From: an uncultured virus (IMG/VR IMGVR_UViG_3300026549_001205)
Lineage: Duplodnaviria > Heunggongvirae > Uroviricota > Caudoviricetes
Length of the DNA stretch: 64,000 bases
Virus record (IMG/VR): IMGVR_UViG_3300026549_001205
Strand: one strand, 5' to 3'
Part shown: positions 59,723-64,000 of the stretch, piece by piece
Layout: each line of letters opens with the position of its first letter
Numbering within the stretch: position 1 is the first letter of the stretch
The notes under the pieces: model-generated
The model's database searches: none
What the model saw: the letters and a program-made list of their open reading frames with translations, nothing else
Told to the model about the DNA's origin: nothing
Made by a program: the position numbers and the translations under genes

Positions 59723-60841
59723 TCACTCTTTGAAATCATCTGCGGCTGAGTTCATCTCAGGCCGTTTATCACTCTGTGGAACCAGTGTTGGTTTACCCTG
59801 CGGTCGTTCCACAAGACCGCCGAGCACCTCATTGAATTTCTTCTTACCCATGAGAGATGTCATAGCTGTAATGCCAAGAAGCCGCTTCTCATAAGGATCG
59901 AAGCCTGCTGCCTTTGCAGCTTCTACCACCATTGCCTCGTTGGTGTACTTCCGGTTAGCCCGACCCTCGACCAGCTTGAATCCGGACCATCTCTTTCCGG
60001 AGAGCGCCTTCTGCAACGCGTAGTCCTTCAGGTCGGATGCCCAGGATGACAGCTGGTCCAGCTTCGACAGGATAGCCTCGATCTCCTCATCTTCGAGTGT
60101 CGGCGGCATCGCAAAGTCATATCGCGCGAGCTCCAGGTTCGTTTCTGCCCGTTTCCTGCAGTTCGCTTTGACACTGCAAAACTGGCAATGATCGCCTGCT
60201 TTGAATTCGCCCTCGCCTACGAACGCGAGCTTTGCTGCCGGTACCAGAACGGTATCCGCCCAGGTGAGAAGATCTTCCTTACTCATCTCCGTCTCGCTGA
60301 CATGATCGAGGCGCGGCTGAAAGATCACCATCTTGACCTTCCGGATGTCGTAAATGCCATCGAACATGTCTACGCAGCCAAGTGCGTAACACTTAAGCTG
60401 ACTGGAAGAGCTGTCGACCTTGATCCCGGTCCCGTATTTCAGATCCACAATCGTCAGCGTCTCATCACCGACGATCAGTGCATCCGCGGTACCGAAGGAT
60501 TCCGGTATCCACCGAGAGAGATCAAGCTGCTGCTCAACAAGGACCGTTGGATCGTGACAGGTTTCCTTATCCTTCTCGACCTGCGAGAGCACGTAGGTAA
60601 CGTAGTCGTCTGTGGCTGACTCCATTTCCTGGTCGTAGCAATCGAGGTCTCCTGTAGGGTCTCTGGCCTTCCTGCCTAGTGCTGTCTTCAGCTTGTACTC
60701 GGCAAGGCTGTGCGCGCAGGTCCCCTGGATGGCATATTCAGATGACCGACCACCGGTATCGGTATTGAGCTTTGCCGAAGGTGGACATGCGATCCAGCGG
60801 TTACTTGAGGATGCCGACAGGAATGCGTGCTTATCAGGCAT
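59723..60841 (-). CDS. DUF2800 PD-(D/E)xK exonuclease
   Basis: HA.LSASSS.RW..CP.S, FGTAD, D.KYG.G, QL..YALG, HCQFC....CR.RA. Confidence 0.9.
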   Translation of the reverse strand: MPDKHAFLSASSSNRWIACPPSAKLNTDTGGRSSEYAIQGTCAHSLAEYKLKTALGRKARDPTGDLDCYDQEMESATDDYVTYVLSQVEKDKETCHDPTVLVEQQLDLSRWIPESFGTADALIVGDETLTIVDLKYGTGIKVDSSSSQLKCYALGCVDMFDGIYDIRKVKMVIFQPRLDHVSETEMSKEDLLTWADTVLVPAAKLAFVGEGEFKAGDHCQFCSVKANCRKRAETNLELARYDFAMPPTLEDEEIEAILSKLDQLSSWASDLKDYALQKALSGKRWSGFKLVEGRANRKYTNEAMVVEAAKAAGFDPYEKRLLGITAMTSLMGKKKFNEVLGGLVERPQGKPTLVPQSDKRPEMNSAADDFKE

Positions 60842-61190
60842 CTGGAATCACCTCCGCCTCCTTGAGAAGAGCTGCGTAATCTTCTGGCTTGACCTCGGAA
60901 AGTTTCGCGGCGCCATGCTTCTTCAACAGCTCGCGAATCGCATCTGTGTTAGCCTTGCTGACGCGAGTCTTCCTGGCCATCACCTCTCTGAGTTCCTCGA
61001 ATGAGATCTGCTTCGGCTTTTCCTTATTAGCAGTATTTTCTTTTATAGGCTGCTTACCCTCTTCAGGTTTTGCCTCTTTCTGGTTCGTACTGGAGAAGAT
61101 CTCCCGAAGTGAATCGGAAATACCGATCAAGTTCTCACCGCACTTGCGCATCTCATCCAACGTTAGAGATAAGTCGCTCATCTTTGACAT
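60834..61190 (-). CDS. Conserved phage replication-module protein
   Basis: IRELL.K.GA.KLS.V.PE.Y..L; overlaps the DUF2800 gene. Confidence 0.75.
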   Translation of the reverse strand: MSKMSDLSLTLDEMRKCGENLIGISDSLREIFSSTNQKEAKPEEGKQPIKENTANKEKPKQISFEELREVMARKTRVSKANTDAIRELLKKHGAAKLSEVKPEDYAALLKEAEVIPDA

Positions 61191-61320
61191 GGTTACCTCC
61201 CTTCTGTGCTGGGGCTTCTGTCATCCGCATCCTGCAAGCGATCCGATCTGATAAGATACTGATTACTTGCAGGAGTGAGATAACATCAGCCCTGGTGTAC
61301 CATCCTGTGTTACGGGTCAT
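61153..61320 (-). CDS. Small hypothetical protein
   Basis: First ORF after promoter copy 3; L.VIS..S.RIA pattern. Confidence 0.45.
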   Translation of the reverse strand: MTRNTGWYTRADVISLLQVISILSDRIACRMRMTEAPAQKGGNHVKDERLISNVG

Positions 61321-61362
61321 GTTCGACACCTGCCTTTCTGGAAGGACTTGTTCTTCTTCATC

Positions 61363-61404
61363 CCTTCCAAAACACACAGGACAGTTTCCACCAGACTGAG
61401 CAAA
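61363..61404 (-). promoter_or_regulatory. Bipartite phage promoter motif, copy 3 (before the replication operon)
   Basis: Same blocks and 11-bp spacer; directly downstream of the sigma-like gene. Confidence 0.8.
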
Positions 61405-61417
61405 AACTTTTTGAAAT

Positions 61418-61903
61418 TTATCTGAAGTCTTTCAGCTGCTCCCGGAGTGCCTTCAGCAGAATCTTCCTTCTGTAACTGACGGTCGTCTGCGGAATGCCGG
61501 TCTGTGCGGAGATCTTCCTATCAGAAAATCCTTCACCGAACAGTTCAATGATGGAGCGATCATCCGGTGCAAGCTGCGCCAGTGCCTTATTCAGCTCCTC
61601 GATGGCGATGTTCATCATGACCATGTCTTCCAGGCTATCGCCCTGCTGCGGAATATCGAGTCCGTCATCCAGCATCCGTTCAATGGATACGGGCGCACCA
61701 GTCGCTGCCTGATCGCAATGGCTGCAGTCGCCTGTACAGCGATGACCGCCGACATTGCAACGCCATGCTCTCTGGCGACGCTTCATCTCCGCCCATGCCG
61801 GTCTCTTGAAGGCCAGGTACACTTCCTCGGTGACCGGAACCATCTGTCCGTTGATCTCGATGTAACGCTGCTTGTTGTTATTATTCTGTTCCTGCTTTTT
61901 CAT
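61418..61903 (-). CDS. Sigma-70 region-4-like protein with Cys4 motif
   Basis: RC....RC..DC..C; LNKALAQL...DR.II.L...G.SDR.IS...GIPQTTV.YR HTH; ATG 61903 after GAGGTG. Confidence 0.8.
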   Translation of the reverse strand: MKKQEQNNNNKQRYIEINGQMVPVTEEVYLAFKRPAWAEMKRRQRAWRCNVGGHRCTGDCSHCDQAATGAPVSIERMLDDGLDIPQQGDSLEDMVMMNIAIEELNKALAQLAPDDRSIIELFGEGFSDRKISAQTGIPQTTVSYRRKILLKALREQLKDFR

Positions 61904-61911
61904 TTTCTTCA

Positions 61912-62074
61912 CCTCGTGGCCGAGGCACAGAAAGCAGGAATCAGAACGGGTCCTAGCCGATCCAGACCCTTCTAAGGCGTAATAAGACGCACGAAAGAAA
62001 GGTCTCCGTTACAGCTTCACAAGTCTGTCTCTTATGACAGATGGTGAAACTATTACGGTACCTGCTTTCGTGCG
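61912..62074 (-). promoter_or_regulatory. Structured 5' leader with three hairpins
   Basis: Long stem CGCACGAAAG (61988) / CTTTCGTGCG (ending 62074); second hairpin ~61943-61972; CCTCG-TGGC-CGAGG (61912-61925) includes the RBS. Confidence 0.6.
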
Positions 62075-62402
62075 CACTCCAGCCGATATCAAATTTTCAA
62101 AGTTCTGCTACGTAGATATAAAGGTTTGGATTGTCGGACCTGAGCTGGCCCGTGAGAAAGATTAAGAGCTGTCGTAGAACATGTCGTTTTCCTCCGTAGG
62201 TTTTCATTGGTTTACATATTTCATTAGGATTTCTCCTAACATGCTTATTGTCGCTGATATCGAATTTTCAAAATATGGTCACGGCATGGGCAGAATATGG
62301 GTGCGATATGGAAAATTAAAAATAGGTAAAAAAATAGCCCCTGCGAAGTCGCAGAGGCATAAAAAAAGAGGAGAAGTTCTTGTATCCTCCCCCTCAGTCA
62401 GT

Positions 62403-64000
62403 TCAATCTGTATATCCAATCAGAAGTCCGTATCTTCCAGGCTCTTCTCCATGCGTATAATATTCTAGCTTGGTATCCTTATAATCAATTTTCGGTATGC
62501 TGTTTTCTACAATGATGACCTGCCCACAATCCTGGTGAGCGACCATGTAATTGAAAAGTCCCCTTCTCATATAATCGGTGGTTTCATCCCCACCCTCTTT
62601 TAAAGACAGAATCGGAGAATCAAGCAACAATACACCCAGTCCATGCTTTCCGCTTTGAGCGAGGTATTGATGAAGAGCAAGCGCCACCACAGTATTTAGG
62701 AAGGCTCGATATCCTTTTCCCCATCTCAGCTTCTTTTTCCCGTTGACGACAATGTCAAAATCATCGCTGTCAAAATCAAAGAAGCAGTTTTTATAATTAT
62801 GAAATTTCACTTCCTTCAGAATTTCGATCAGAAGATTATTGAAGGCATCCACAAAGTCCTCGGAGAAGTTATCCTGCGCTTTGAACGGTGCCTGTGCATC
62901 ATTTGGATCCTCTTCCTTCTTTTTAGCAGAGGTCATGAATTTTTCAACTTTCTCTATCACATCCGTGCGCGCACTTCTGTCGATTGAAAGCTTCAGGCCG
63001 CTGATTTGATCCTGCAAAGCCTGTATTGCAGGCTCAAGTTCCTGGTTTATTATATTAGACAGCTTGTCACTTTCCGCTCTAAGCTCGTCTATCATCGCTT
63101 GATGACCGGAAATTTCAGAATCGATATCGTGTTGTGCATCCATTACATCATTAAGCTGAGGCAATATTCTGTTCAACTCAGCTTGAGCGGCTTCCTCATA
63201 CGATTCCCTTTGTTCAGGATGAATATCTCCGCCACAGAACGGACATTTCTTAGGCTGTTCAACAGACTCCAGTTTCTGCTGACCATCTACAATGAAACTG
63301 ATTCTCCTGATATCTGACCGGTACTGACTCAGCAGGATCTGATAACGGTTCTTCATCGATTTCGCCGATTTCTGCAAGTCTTTTACCTCAAGGATCCTGT
63401 CTTCAATCTCCTGACGCTTCTTCGATGTCTCTGAAATTTTATCCTGGGCTTCCCTAATCTGCTGTACAAGATCATCAATGGCCTTCTGAGCCTCTTCTCT
63501 AGAAAGAACATCTTCCTCTTCGTCTGGCTTCAGCGTCGATAAAAATGCAAGATTTTCTATCTTTACAGCCGCTCTTGCCTTATTCTCCGCTGTTTTCTTC
63601 TTAGGATCCTTCTTTTCCTTGTATTCCTGGAAATCATTCTCATTCAGAAAATATAACAAGGTACTTTTTGTAGCTGTTTTGGAGAAAGGTCCACCCTTAC
63701 TAAAAAATATGCTGTCTTTTCCGATGACGTTTCCTTCTGCAACACATATAAGATTCAGAAACGATCTATACGTGAGACTCTGCCTGCCTCCATTTTCATT
63801 TTTAATAATTTTTACACCCTCACCAACTCCCGTTATGGTCATCCACACACGATTGATAGGGTACTTTGAGTTGCCAGCAGTATACGTATGAGACTCTATT
63901 TCCGGATCAGTGCTTTCAACCTCGATCTTTGTACTGCCTAACCCGCGATGCATAGTCACCAGACCATTTTTCGTACGTACAGCAATATGGACCGTATCGC
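62403..64000 (-). CDS. SMC-like ABC ATPase, paralog of 17706..19562 (5' end beyond the window)
   Basis: Frame open to the window edge; CPFC hook, GKGYRAFLNT, LLLDSPILSLKE, IIVEN, GRYG shared with the first copy. Confidence 0.85.
   Translation of the reverse strand, partial: DTVHIAVRTKNGLVTMHRGLGSTKIEVESTDPEIESHTYTAGNSKYPINRVWMTITGVGEGVKIIKNENGGRQSLTYRSFLNLICVAEGNVIGKDSIFFSKGGPFSKTATKSTLLYFLNENDFQEYKEKKDPKKKTAENKARAAVKIENLAFLSTLKPDEEEDVLSREEAQKAIDDLVQQIREAQDKISETSKKRQEIEDRILEVKDLQKSAKSMKNRYQILLSQYRSDIRRISFIVDGQQKLESVEQPKKCPFCGGDIHPEQRESYEEAAQAELNRILPQLNDVMDAQHDIDSEISGHQAMIDELRAESDKLSNIINQELEPAIQALQDQISGLKLSIDRSARTDVIEKVEKFMTSAKKKEEDPNDAQAPFKAQDNFSEDFVDAFNNLLIEILKEVKFHNYKNCFFDFDSDDFDIVVNGKKKLRWGKGYRAFLNTVVALALHQYLAQSGKHGLGVLLLDSPILSLKEGGDETTDYMRRGLFNYMVAHQDCGQVIIVENSIPKIDYKDTKLEYYTHGEEPGRYGLLIGYTD

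Larger units (their letters stand above)
22614..64000 (-). mobile_element. Siphovirus-type prophage with serine-recombinase module (continues beyond the window)
   Basis: Colinear replication, packaging, head, tail, lysis and recombinase modules, all on the minus strand. Confidence 0.92.

Noticed and set aside
59723..60841. Cas4-like nuclease as evidence of CRISPR
   Set aside because: It sits in the standard DUF2800-DUF2815-polymerase phage replication module.
1..64000. tRNA/rRNA genes and IS elements
   Set aside because: None recognised by eye; tRNAscan-SE and ISEScan would be needed to exclude them.

Overview
Firmicutes-type (Lachnospiraceae/Clostridia-like) accessory region made of two related, tandemly arranged phage-derived elements, almost all on the minus strand. 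The right part (~22.6 kb to beyond 64 kb) is an apparently intact siphovirus-type prophage. It carries a sigma-70-region-4-like activator, DUF2800/DUF2815/family-A DNA polymerase, P4-type primase, VRR-NUC, SNF2 helicase, HNH, a ParB-methylase, a P27 small and a large terminase, an HK97 head, a tail with a G/GT frameshift, a U32-family gene, holin, GH25 lysin and two large serine recombinases. It ends at a fragment resembling the rlmD/rumA 3' end (likely att site). The left part (1 to ~22.6 kb) is a degenerate relative turned defence island: SymE-like toxin, orphan sigma-like gene, ABC-three-component (Lamassu-like) operon, XRE regulator, a six-gene type 3 BREX with an inserted Schlafen/AlbA_2-HATPase gene, and an SMI1/KNR4 + N-terminal Tox-GHH pair. 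It ends with a head-to-head junction of truncated polymerase and tail genes, a second holin and a second GH25 lysin. Most notable: ABC-3C modules next to sigma-like activators in both elements, the SUKH/Tox-GHH pair appended to BREX, a bipartite promoter motif found three times, structured leaders, and a phage U32 gene. All family calls come from motif recognition by eye; no database searches were run.
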